A stretch of 64,000 nucleotides of DNA, from positions 14,322,001-14,386,000 of the forward strand of contig CAIIXF020000001.1 of NCBI GenBank assembly GCA_903813345.2, given 5' to 3'. Of the stretch, positions 1 through 12,125 are shown piece by piece; the stretch's first letter is position 1, and each line of letters starts with the position of its first letter. A model generated the notes under the pieces. The model worked only from the letters and a program-made list of their open reading frames with translations, was not told the DNA's origin and made no database searches. The position numbers and the translations under genes were made by a program. The DNA comes from Owenia fusiformis. Lineage: Eukaryota.

Positions 1-844
1 AAAACAGAGAATCTAATTCTTATGGCCTAACCATCATTACCCAAGATAAATTGCTAAGCTTTATCAATCATCATCATACTGAAACCCAAGAAAGTCATTG
101 ACCCAAATATAATTGATATAATTTAAGGTAGATTTATTAATATCAAAAAACAAAGACATTATGTTACTGAAGGGCATTCAATGTTTGCTATTATTACACA
201 CAAACTGACCTTCAAACCATCTTATTAAAGCTATCTATCTGAGTAAGCCTATCATCAAAGGGAGGAAAACTAGTAAAGCCAATCAGCTATATAAATCAAA
301 GGGCCATCTCTTTATTGTATCTTGCATTTTGGATCAAAATATCAATCATTTTTTATAATTCTGCAGAAATCAGATGAAACTTTGATCAACTGTGAATCTT
401 TAGTACATGAGAGACCAGGCCCTGGAAATATTTGTCTAGGAAAGTATGACAAGGCCTGTGAACTCAATTAACACCCTTTTACTTTTTTATGGCTAGATAT
501 GCCCGTCTATTTGATACTGTCTAAATTACAAGTTAATTCTTATTCAAAGCAGACCTCTGTAAAACAAAAGAACTATTATAGCAATGACAATAACAATAGC
601 ACTGAACTGAGGAAGAGAATTACATTAACCGATTATTTAGGTTTAAATTAATGTTTATGAACCTTACCATTTGCAATGCGGATCTGAGATCTTAGTCGAG
701 ATACTTATCAAGTGTATAATTAGAAAGTGGATCAAACTGATTGCCTTTTGTAAAGAAATGTCAAAGACAGCTACAGTTATGTCAATAAATTGCAGATCTA
801 GTTCCTACTTTTCAAAGTGCAGTTAACCCTATTTGAAGGTGGTA

Positions 845-1998
845 CAATATCACATTTAATCTATTATTAACCTGATATGTAATATCCCCAAATGCCAATA
901 CCAAATATCACATTTTAACCCATTAGAAACCTAATATGCATTGTTGTATCCCCAAATATCAATACTAAATATCACTACTAAATATATACCAAATATCACG
1001 TTTTAATCCATTATAAACCTAATATGCATTGTTATATCCCCATATATCAATACAAATATCACATTTTTAATCTATTACTAACCGGATATACATTTTAATA
1101 TTCCCAAATATCAATACTAAATATCACATTTAACCCATTAGAAACCTAATGTGCATTGTAATATCCCCAAATATCAATACCAAATATCACATTTTAATCC
1201 ATTACTAACCTAGTATGCATTGTTATATCCCCAAATATCAATAACAAATACCACATTTTAATCCATTAGAACCCTAATATACATTGTTGTTTCCCCAAAT
1301 ATCAATACCTAATATCATATTTTAATCCATTATTAACCTAATATGCATTGTAATATCCCCAAATATCAATACTAAATATCACATATTAATCCATTAATAA
1401 CCTGGTATGCATTGTTATATCCCCAAATATCAATACTAAATATCACATATCAATCCATTACTAACCTGATATGCATTGTTATATCCCCAAATATCAATAC
1501 TAAATATCACATATTAATCCATTACTAACCTGGTATGCATTGTTATATCCCCAAATATCAATACTAAATATCACATATTAATCTATTACTAACCTAATAT
1601 GCATTGTTGTATCCCCAAATATCAATAACAAATACCACATTTTAATCCATTACTAACCTAATATGCATTGTAATATCCCCAAATATCAATACTAAATATC
1701 ACATATTAATCCATTACTAACCTGGAATGCATTGTTATATCCCCAAATATCAATACTAAATATCACATATTAATCCATTACTAACCTGGTATGCATTGTT
1801 ATATCCCCAAATATCAATACTAAATATCACATATTAATCCATTACTAACCTGGTATGCATTGTTATATCCCCAAATATCAATACTAAATACCACATTTTA
1901 ATCCATTACTAACCTGATATGCATTGTTATATCCCCAAATATCAATACCAAATATAACATTTTAATCCATTACTAACCTGATATGCATTGTTGTATCC
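845..1998. repeat. 64-bp tandem array (about 18 copies) built from the last 21 nt of the exon, the donor site and 43 nt of intron
   Basis: Unit TAACCTGGTATGCATTGTTATATCCCCAAATATCAATACTAAATATCACATATTAATCCATTAC; TAACCT recurs at 1974, 1910, 1846, 1782, 1718, and so on. Confidence 0.97.
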
Positions 1999-2100
1999 AG
2001 GATGGTCCAAGTCATGGCAGATGGCGGAAGTTATGAGAATTAAGACATCTATATCATCTAAAATTGTTGGCAAATCAAGCAACCATGTCAATCCATACAT
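1978..2100 (-). CDS. PDE9A: PDE9-like exon (123 nt, phase 0-0): MYGLTWLLDLPTILDDIDVLILITSAICHDLDHPGYNNAYQ
   Basis: tatgttgcag|ATGTATGGA...TATCAG|gttagt. Contains the class I PDE signature HDLDHPGYNN. Confidence 0.97.
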
Positions 2101-5100
2101 CTGCAACATATAAATACATGTAAATAAGAAATAAAGCTTGCTGATACTCATCACATCTTTCTGATTTCAAACTAGCAATGGAAATATGGTAAACTGATAA
2201 AGGGCTTGGATCTCTCATATCGGAGATGCGTATCTCATATGTTTCATTAAAGTATAACAATACTTTTCATAATTTGATCTATTCATTTATTATATTTAGA
2301 TGACATTCCTAGTTTGGAGAGTAATGATTATTTTGAGGTATTAATACCGTAAAATTTTGCAAAATATTTTTCTTCGTAAACTCTCACTTCACAAAAATTA
2401 TGTTTCTAAACGAAATTGACCTAGATGAGGACATCAAAAAATTTAATACGGCACTCTGATTGGTCAATCAGGACAAGACTGTGAAAGTCATGGCTACTTG
2501 CACATCAGTAAGAATTAGATTCCAATATCCTTCAGATTTTGAGATAAGTAGAATTAATATTGGATAACAGGGCTTTAGATAAGAATTAACAAAATCCAGG
2601 GCTTCAATGATAGCCATAAAGGATGTCTCAATACAGTCTCTGAGCTACGTCACAACCTTGGAGTGGGACTCTGAATGATTTAAATCTAACACCAATGTGT
2701 CAAGACTGGCCTGCATTCAAATGTTTGAAAAAATACAAAATAATATATTGATTGTAAATTGTTCCTTGGCATAATTAGTGAAATATTTGTATGTCAGCTA
2801 GATGTTAACATAAATATAACATGAAATACATAGCTGTAAAGTGGAACAATACATGTCAATTGGTTGAATCCGTTCTAAGGACACTTACGTGAATAAGACA
2901 ACTTGAGTATACTTTACATCGATAACCTGTTGACATTCTGCGATGCTCAAGTCAAGCCATGCTGATCCTTACACAATTACTCTATCAAGTATTCAGGGAG
3001 GGACCTCCAGAAAAAAATTAGCACTCAACCTTTTCACAATTATTCATACATCAATCACCAAAAGTTGAAGGGGCACTTTGGTGTGATTTTGGAAAGTCTT
3101 TTACAACATGAAGTGACAATTGATGTGCCATACTGAGCTTTTACTCTTATGTCAAGCAAACTTAAGCATATATTGGGGTAAATTTATGTGACCCAATCTT
3201 GCCAATCTTGAAGCACACTTGACATGATTATATGCCAATCTTTTGTCAGTCTCTTGTGACCCCATGTGCAATTATCTCACTAACTCCACTGACCACATAT
3301 GACTGTATAGATCTTGCTCGCGGGCGAAATCATGTACAAAAATGCAGCCCAAATGAGGGAAGGAAGAGTCGGACTCTAGACAAGACTAAATCACTCCACT
3401 TTCTTTCTGATTTTTATAAAATTGGTTACCATGACATTCCCTGTCAAGCAAAGTATAAAAATGTGGATGGAATTGAGAGATTAAGATGGATATCTTAAAT
3501 GATGTAACAAAAATTAATTCAGGGACGTGCATCTAACTAACTTTCCACCAAATAAGTACAACCTAAATCCCCAATATATTCTAAGATAAGATGTCTCGTG
3601 CCTTTCTCCATGAGCCTGATTCAGTATTTCAAGATGTCACATAAGCTTTAGTTCTCTATGAGCCAGATTCAATACTTTTATTTGTAGTAGTCTTGCATTA
3701 AGCTCTTGTACCCAGATTCTCCCAAACATTCTCTGTAACGCATGTAAGGAAGAGAATGGGGGAATGGCCAGGAATGGCTCTACATGGGCTTGATTTAAGA
3801 CCACTGCTTGAAATGTTCTTTTTTTAATTATATACTTATAATGTAAAATGTTAAATTTCTACCCTTAGAAATGAAACATATTCTATTTTGAATAGCAATT
3901 TCTCAATGAAGCGAACAATTTAACATAGGTTTGCATAATTTTGTGTGGGATAAGCAAGATAAGATGTCCTGTAATACTGTACATGCACAAGGCAGTGACA
4001 TATAAAATAAGTAACCATAGATGTTTCTTAGAGATGCTATAAAAGGTTTTAACATTGCATCACAATGTGCGTCATTGAACCGTTTCACTGTTAGTATCAA
4101 TTACAAATTATAATATAAAAGGCAATCTTTTTAGGTAAGCTAAGATTCAAAAAACATTGATCTTCATTCACTCCCTCAGTATGATTTAGACTTTTGTGAG
4201 AACGACAAGATGTTGGAGGTTGGTAAACGTCCTAAATATATTTATTATTTTAGTATGCCTTTCCTCTTGTGCCATATGAATTCAAAGTGCTTTTAAAATA
4301 AATCAGCTGCTTTTCAAAAATTCAATTCAATTCACATATAAAATATTATTAACATTAACATACATTCATATCCTATCTGTGAAATAAGTATTAATTAAGG
4401 AGGGGAGAAAAGTGGTATTCCATAGGACAAAACCCATATCAGTGACCTCAGCATAAAGGGTCACAATCATCGATATCTCACACAAAACAATGAAGATTTA
4501 TATTGACGAATGACTATAAAATTATTGTTGATTTGCTTGGTAATTATCTTGATCAATCTCGATTTGAAAAATGTTTCTCCATAAGTACAAAGACTAACAA
4601 ATTAGGTGGAAATTCTACAGCCATAAAGTACCATAAAACATGAGTGAATCAGGCTATAATTTTCCGAGACTCTATGTATAAAGTGACACAGTACGTCATG
4701 CCTGTCTAACGGATAATTGCACCATGAATGCCAAGCTTAGCTTAACTCTTGCTTAAGCCATGGGAGAATATAGCTAATCCTAAAAGGGATGTTCACTTTT
4801 ATTGATATATGACAATTAGGGTAAAACTATATTTAGACTCACAAGTCTGACGTCATAAGGGTTTAAAGGTATAGACTATACAGATACTATTTTCAACTTT
4901 ACCGGATGTATTTTCGCATCAATCATTATGGATGGGTCATCTCTAAATCTAAATGGGTTAAAACTTAATCTAAATAGATGTGTCAAGATTCAGGAAATAC
5001 TGATTTCCCTATGGTCTTTGTAACTTTATATCCAGAGGCATTAACAGTTAGGTTATTTTTAAAATCTGAACCATAGACTTTTAAGACTTTAGAGAAGACA

Positions 5101-5203
5101 AATTATGACCCGAGACATTGTCTGAGGATTTAGCCAACCCTAAGACAATAACTAAAGGTTGAGATGACAAGACATTTACTGAGGGTTAGGGAAAGGAGAG
5201 TGG

Positions 5204-5414
5204 CCACGAAGCAGTGTTTGGAGTTGTGAAATGGTACTATCTTATACTCACCATTTGTGTGACCATGAAGCAGTGTTTGGAGTTGTGAAATGGTACTATC
5301 TTATACTCACCATTTGTGTGACCATGAAGCAGTGTTTGAAGTTGTGAAATGGTACTATCTTATACTCACCATTTGTGTGACCATGAAGCAGTGTTTGAAG
5401 TTGTGAAATGGTAC
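5204..5414. repeat. 59-bp tandem array (about 3.5 copies) built from the last 45 nt of the exon and 14 nt of intron
   Basis: Unit CCATGAAGCAGTGTTTGAAGTTGTGAAATGGTACTATCTTATACTCACCATTTGTGTGA; donor GT at 5369/5368, 5310/5309 and 5251/5250. Confidence 0.97.
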
Positions 5415-5465
5415 TTGGTTGTAACCTCTGTAAATTTCAAACAGCCATTGTTCTAACACTGAGAT
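5370..5465 (-). CDS. PDE9A: PDE9-like exon (96 nt, phase 0-0): ISVLEQWLFEIYRGYNQVPFHNFKHCFMVTQM
   Basis: ttatttcag|ATCTCAG...CAAATG|gtgagt. PFHNFxHCF motif of class I PDEs, PDE9 form. Not in the ORF track. Confidence 0.95.
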
Positions 5466-8302
5466 CTGAAATAATAAGAATCAATACCATATTCTAATAA
5501 CTTTTAATTGATTAATATAACATACTAGCAAACATTAAATCTAGGCCTGTGAAATTTAGCTTTAACATGACAAAATGTCACCACCTAGTTGCTCACAATA
5601 TTGTTACAGACAATGATCGCCAACTGCCAATCGCCAACCGCCATCACAAAAGATGGAGACCATAACAATATGTCACCACTTTTTTACAAATACATTTGTA
5701 TTATATAAAATTGCACATAGTATAACAACGATTGTAATTAAGTTGATACACTAAAAAGTATGAATCAATTGATTATACCAATCAATGTCAGACACATGGA
5801 CAAACATTATATCACATTTGCACTGATTGTTAATATTGACAGTCAACTTGATCAATAAATTTACATTTATTTTGGCATGATCGGTCAATAGAGACTTAAA
5901 CATTGATATCAAACTGTGGGTTAAACTTGCAGGGAATCTATAGTATGTATATCTATAGTACTATTATATATATTACATGTATGTATATCTAGCTAATGTT
6001 CAGGAAGCAATGTGTGTTGTATGTTGACATTCGGATGTTTCTTCCAATATCTCTGTTAAGTGATGTACTTTTAGAATAGCCAGGAAAGTTGTCCAAATCA
6101 ATTGTTCTTTGGGGCCTTTTACCTAAACATATAGCATCCATGTATCCTGATATTCTTTGAAAAACCTCAGTCTGTAATCATTCCATATAACGTCACCCAT
6201 TGGTGTCATTCTCATGTGTCATTCCCAACTTTATATTAAGATTTAACCACAAAATTACTTTGAATTGTAATACAAGAAAAAAATTGGTGATAAGGATGGC
6301 GCTTGACGCAGCTGTCTGGAGGCAACAAAGTACATGGTTATCTATTACCCAATAATAAGACTGATTATTGAGCCTTGTGTCTTTCGTTGCTTTTATAAAG
6401 AACCTGATTAAGCACCGTAGGAGCACAATGGTGATATCATAATACGGGGATTATATCTTATGACTCTACTGTTAGCAGTACTTGGCCTGGAGAATTGATT
6501 AACTTGAATCAAAAGGCTAGATCTGAATCTAGATGAAGGTCAAACTAAAATTGGTTAAAGTCAAACAGAAATTAGTTAAAGTGCCTGGGAAAATAGACTG
6601 CAAAACAAATTATAAAAGATAAAAAGCAATTTCCTAGTATAGTAGTCATTTAAGTTTAACCCTTCAATTGATTTCCCTCTATGTTTTTAACTAAGTGTTT
6701 ACTAGTTCATGACATGCCATCCAACAATCAGTGATCATTCTAATCCTTAAACAATATCAAACAAAAATAAATTTGCTTCGATTACAGTTATATGTTCTTA
6801 TCACACAATTTCAAGTGCTACGCCACAAGTTTCTCACATTCTGTTTTCAGTGTGGCAGTGGAATCTTTGTAAATGAGCGTAGTTGGTCCTCAGGCTCCGG
6901 AAACAAAAATTGAAGGTATAAAGGTATAATGCATCATTATTGTAGAAATTTTGTTAGATTAACGTGGTTTGAAAAATAAAAGTTAATAAAAGTTATAATG
7001 TAAGAAAAAACAAAACAAAAATGTTTTTTTTAGAAATAGAATAGTTTAAACTGGAATATTGACAAAATAGACTTTGTTACCCCAGTCAAAAGAAAACAAG
7101 TCCCATGCATTAAAGAACATCCAAACTGGATCACTTTCCCAAATCGCAATACGTAGGAACCCATCACCCACTACATGTAGGGTGATCTATTAATTGAAAG
7201 ATTTGTCTAACCTATACTCTAAGACTGTTTCAAATTGTATCCTCTAAAAGTTGAGCCTTGTCACAATTCCTTTAAAATGCTAATAATGAATGCAATTTTT
7301 CTAGTTATATATATTATACAATATGTGTCAAATTTTGCAAAATTAGTTTGGACAAAAAACATCATCATCAGTTGAACTCGGAGCCTGGAGACCGGCTACA
7401 CAATGGTTCCACTTCGACCTGGTATGTTTTGCAACTAGCAAATATTTTTCTATAAATGAACTGAAACGAGGCCATAATGTCTCACAAAGAGTGAATTCGT
7501 GTGAATTAAGCCAGAATAGAGGAAATTGTTCCCAAGATAATAATTGTAATATTGACCGCAAAAAAGTTCCAAGTTCGTCCCAGTATGCATTAAAATTTAA
7601 GAGAAAAGAAAATCGTATTACTAATTGACCTGTGTGTATACCTTTGAACAGTATGACAAATAATGATGATTTTCTTAGCCTCTTAAAGGAGTATGTATTA
7701 TTAAAAACATTGAAATAAATGCGAGGACTGCATTCTGATACTCATAGCATCTCTCTCTGTTGTATCTTCTCCATAAGATGTGGATTACTCGAAAAGAAAT
7801 TTAATGTGAAATAACCTAGTGAACAGCTCTAAAATCTGAATAACCCTTAAGTATATATAAGGTGAATGGATCCCAAATGAGAGTCAATACCATATACATG
7901 TACAGTATATATGACATTTTCAATAAGAGGATTATGAAAGACATAAACCTACAATTGGAAGTTTTCTATTACTATACAGTCAAAACAATCATATTGTATA
8001 AAAGAAAATTTAGATTTTCTTCACATTCAAATAATCTTCAATTCAAAATAAGATTTGGCTTGTCTCACATCTCTGCAAAATTTAATCAGTAAAGGCTGCA
8101 TTTGATCCAAGTTTAAAGGTTCCTTTGTAATCAACCATTGAGCATTGTTTCCCATTGGAATTATTTGGACATCTCTAATTCATATGAGCTTTTTTCTCTA
8201 TTCCCTCGATTCAATGAATATTTACTTGCTGTAGCAACAAAATCTAACACTTAGAATCTCTGATGTTGTAATGAGAAAGGAATCTTAATTAGAAAAGTGA
8301 AT

Positions 8303-8437
8303 ACAAGACATTAACATGTCACAACATGCCATTTTTACAGATGTCACATCATTTGTTAGACCCCAACCACCGAACACCAACTGCCGTCCACAAAAAGAGA
8401 CTATAACAATATGTCACCACTTGTGATGGTGACATAA
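8303..8437 (+). repeat. Representative of a 120-150 bp dispersed repeat (8 copies seen)
   Basis: Consensus GCATTAACATGACAAAATGTCAC...CCACAAAA...GAGACTATAACAATATGTCACCAC..GTGGTGACATAA; copies at about 5559, 8303, 11821, 13640, 22036, 24654, 37097, 60839. Confidence 0.75.
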
Positions 8438-8630
8438 TATCTTAGATCTTCAACTAATAAGATTCAACAGCAATCTTTGAGGAATGTTGATGCATATTTA
8501 AGCACAAACAAAGAGAACAAGCATTTGAAAGTCTCATAAGGCATTTTTTTAATGATTATTCATTCCTTTATTCCTTTGTATTCCTTTGAAGTTGAGAGGC
8601 ATTATACAACTTCTTTATAAACCTACTTAC

Positions 8631-8772
8631 CTCAATATTAAACTTGGCAATAAAGCCCAGATCTATATACATTTGTCGGAGAAGTATCAACATTTCGCTA
8701 TCGTCCCACTGCCAGTTGTCAAATGTAGGCTTCCTGAGATATTGTCGCACTTCGTCAGTTACTTGGACATGT
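8631..8772 (-). CDS. PDE9A: PDE9-like exon (142 nt, phase 2-0), start of catalytic region: HVQVTDEVRQYLRKPTFDNWQWDDSEMLILLRQMYIDLGFIAKFNIE
   Basis: gtgtttcag|ACATGTC...ATTGAG|gtaagt. The LRKPTFD-W-W---EML--L--MY-DLG pattern is characteristic of PDE9. Confidence 0.95.
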
Positions 8773-10575
8773 CTGAAACACACAATTTACACAACAAAAA
8801 TTAATTTAGCATACAATACCAATCCAGATGTTATTGGGCTTGATTTTTAGAACCTTTTGTTGGCTCTATATGAAGTGAATATCAGGACAGAATATGCAAA
8901 ATGTGAACACAGCCTATCAATTCTTTCTAGAATATTTCAAGTTGAAAAACAGCAAAATGCGATGAATATCAAAATTGTAAATTTAGATAGATTAATCGAT
9001 GGAAGTGGTGATCAACATCACAAAATACGGACTCACACTCAACATTTAATGAGAAGGATTAATTTTGAGATATCACAAAATGCAGACTCATTCAACATTT
9101 CATGAGTAAGTATCAATTTTGAAATTGTTATATCTGCTGAATGATATTTCATCAAATGCAGAACTTATCCTGCTATATGTGTTTATGAGGTTAGGGTGAC
9201 CATCTCTAGTTGAATAATGGGGGTAATTAATGATGTGGTACTTGTATAACCATAAAGTATTATGCTCATATCAATAACAATGAAAAGGAGGAGTTCATCA
9301 CTGTTCTCGGCTATACTGTTCAGTATAATGAAAAGCCCCTAGAAAACAAAGAGAGTGCTAATTTGAAGTATTGCACTTTGTAGGTGTCTTGCATTACACT
9401 GGTGTTATAGGATTTCTTTCATATATAATAATAAATATATTGAGTTTTTATTGCAGGTCTTACACCATTAACAGTAATGTAGAATATTATGAGAAAAAAG
9501 CTCAGCGAACGTATCTCTAAATGCTATATAGGGCTCTTATTTTAAAATGGTTGGTTAGAAATAAAATGTTATTCAGCCATCAGAGATTTATAAGAGCCAT
9601 TATATTCTGAATTAAAGAATAAAAGTCTTCCATGATATATTAAATACTTTGACTAAATATGCACTTAAGATGTCTATTTGCATTAAATTAAGACAAATAG
9701 TCAATGATTGCACATTAATGGGATTTGCACTATACCCTAGAGATGTATGAAATCATTGTTTATAGACAAAAAATGTTGATAGATAAGTTTGTACATCGTA
9801 CTGTGTAATAGCATTGACGGAATAAAATATGATGCCGTTCTTAGTATAGTGATAGGTACTTCGCTCTGTTTTATTCTGATTACCTAGCTTTTTAGATAGA
9901 TCCATAGAGAATATGTTTCACCTATTAATAAATAAAATAGAAATTTTTAACAAATGAGAACAGGTTGTCTGACAAGCATCAAATCAGTAAATTACTTATT
10001 TGATTCATGACAAGAATGATATGTAACAACTACAAAAACATATGTAAGTGATCAGGATAATTGCCGTTGCATGTAAAACATGGATGGAACAAACCATCGA
10101 TACACGATTCATACACGATTTACACGGTTCATTTTAGGAAGTCAAACCAGATTGTTATGATTGGTTTTTTGAAATCAATATGTTGGCCCAATTTCCATAC
10201 TACACAAACATGCAATCATCCACGAAGATCTGAATTTAATTACCATTTCAAACATCACAATAGAAAAAAAATCAGTGGGAGGATTCAATGTATAATGATG
10301 AAGCTTTTTAGGCTTCCAACCCACTCTTACATCTAGGCACGGAAAAAAACAGCTCAATTTGTAATAAGGAGAAACTGACTTATTAACCATCATCCAATAG
10401 TGTAATAATATATTTTGCCATATTTTAGCACAGTTGGGTGAACTCAACATCTTGTATTGTCATAAAGCTGTCAATCATTGCTCTGGGGACTTTAGCAATC
10501 CCAAGGAAGTCAGCAGTCTCATGATATAATGGTAAGGCTATGGAAAGTTTAATTATGATTTGAAATGATTTAGGC

Positions 10576-11312
10576 AAAGGAGTGGTATTGATATGGAGAA
10601 CTTTTTGGACACACGTTTCTCTTAGACCAGTCATAAAAAAATCTAAAAAATTTAACACATCGTCAATTTAATAGTCATCTTTTGAATGGTAACAATATAA
10701 TTTGAAAAATATATATATACTTTCATCTATATAGTTTTAGAAAACACATCAAACACTTGTTTTGTTCTTGGTATCATGCTTCCAGAGTGAAATAAAACAT
10801 CTTTCCGAACCTCATTGGAACAAAACGACATAAACACAATATGTTTAGGTCTCTAAATATTGTAATTGTACAAAGGAAATTTTGGTCGATTTTAAAAAAG
10901 TATCTTGTTAATGAAATAAAAGGCTTATCTTGATTTTTATCTTTTTTGGGGAGATTTTGTTTTAATATTTTGAATACTTTTTTAAAATCAACCAAAAATT
11001 CCTTTGTATAACTATAATATTGAGAGGTCTAAAGACATGTTGTATATGCTGTTTTGTTCCAACAAGGTTCAGAAAGACATTTTATTTCATTCTCAAGAAT
11101 TTGGAGAAAGGAGCAAAAACAATTGCACCAAAAAAACAAAAAATGTTAACAAAAACAGTTATATAAAATATTTCTAAATAATTTTCGCATTAAATTGTTG
11201 TCAATCAGTCAACATTACATAAAATACCGTGTTTTTTACAGAATGTTTTCAATGATTGGTTTAAGAGAAAAACATTGTTGAATTCAGTTCTCCATATCGA
11301 TACCAATCCTTT
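10576..11312. mobile_element. MITE, about 740 bp, copy 1
   Basis: Imperfect TIRs AAAGGAGTGGTATTGATATGGAGAACT / AGTTCTCCATATCGATACCAATCCTTT; internal inverted repeat about 10790-10905 vs 10973-11090; inverted sister copy at 15022-15757. Confidence 0.88.
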
Positions 11313-11887
11313 TCAGAAAACAAACGAAAATGTTAAGTGCCCATTATATTATACTTGTAATCGATTCAAATGACAATATAAACTTTAGAATTGTGATTTT
11401 AGATCATGTTATTTCAATCTGAGTTCTTAGATTGAAAACTACATAGCATCAGTATTGTCTTCATTAAAATGTTTAATACTCAATGGTGTGTCACTTAATC
11501 AATCACTCTTGTTTTTAAGTGTTATAAATTTTTTGTTTTTTAAATTTGTTTGGTTTTCATGCATCTCCCACCCTCCTAAGATTTGTCCCTTCATAGGGAC
11601 ATTAAACATACAATTACCTTGAATGGCCTAAGGGATGAAATACAGAGGGATCATGCAGACCCAAGTGAGATCATATTCTTAATGATGTACAAAGCATTGA
11701 ACTGAGTTAATTGAAAGGTGAAACAGATCAATCAGTGAAGTTTCTTTAGATATAAATGAACCTCTAACAAAGATGCATTTTTATCTGCTGTATAATATAA
11801 TTAATAATAATTAAAAACATGGCATTAACATGACAAAATGTCACTGGTAAATGGATGTTCAAAGTAAAAATTTAAAGTCAGACTAAA

Positions 11888-12125
11888 CCATCCTCCGATC
11901 ACAGGGCTTCAAAATCCAGAATATATTCCCTCTTTTTACCCCCTGCGATAAGCAGTTAGCATTTCCCCGATTAAGAACTCGCAATCTGATTGGCTACAGT
12001 AATCTTGTATAAGTCATTGCGCATAATAAGATCACGTGATTCAGTTTAATCGGGCGCTTCCAAATTGGTTATAGCAGGGGGGGAAGAAGGAGGTACGGAT
12101 TCTGGACACCTGCTTAGGAGGATGG
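11888..12125. mobile_element. Small MITE nested in another short repeat
   Basis: Ends CCATCCTCC...GGAGGATGG with further imperfect inverted matches (CCCCTGCGATAA / TTATAGCAGGGG); flanked by AAA on both sides. Confidence 0.6.

Noticed and set aside
1-844. Next PDE9 exon (expected INARTELA...NDxSPLENHH-like)
   Set aside because: No matching minus-strand frame found; presumably outside the window.
845-1998. CRISPR-like appearance of the regular arrays (also 5204-5414, 25305-25630)
   Set aside because: Units are contiguous with no unique spacers, there are no cas genes, and the context is a eukaryotic intron.
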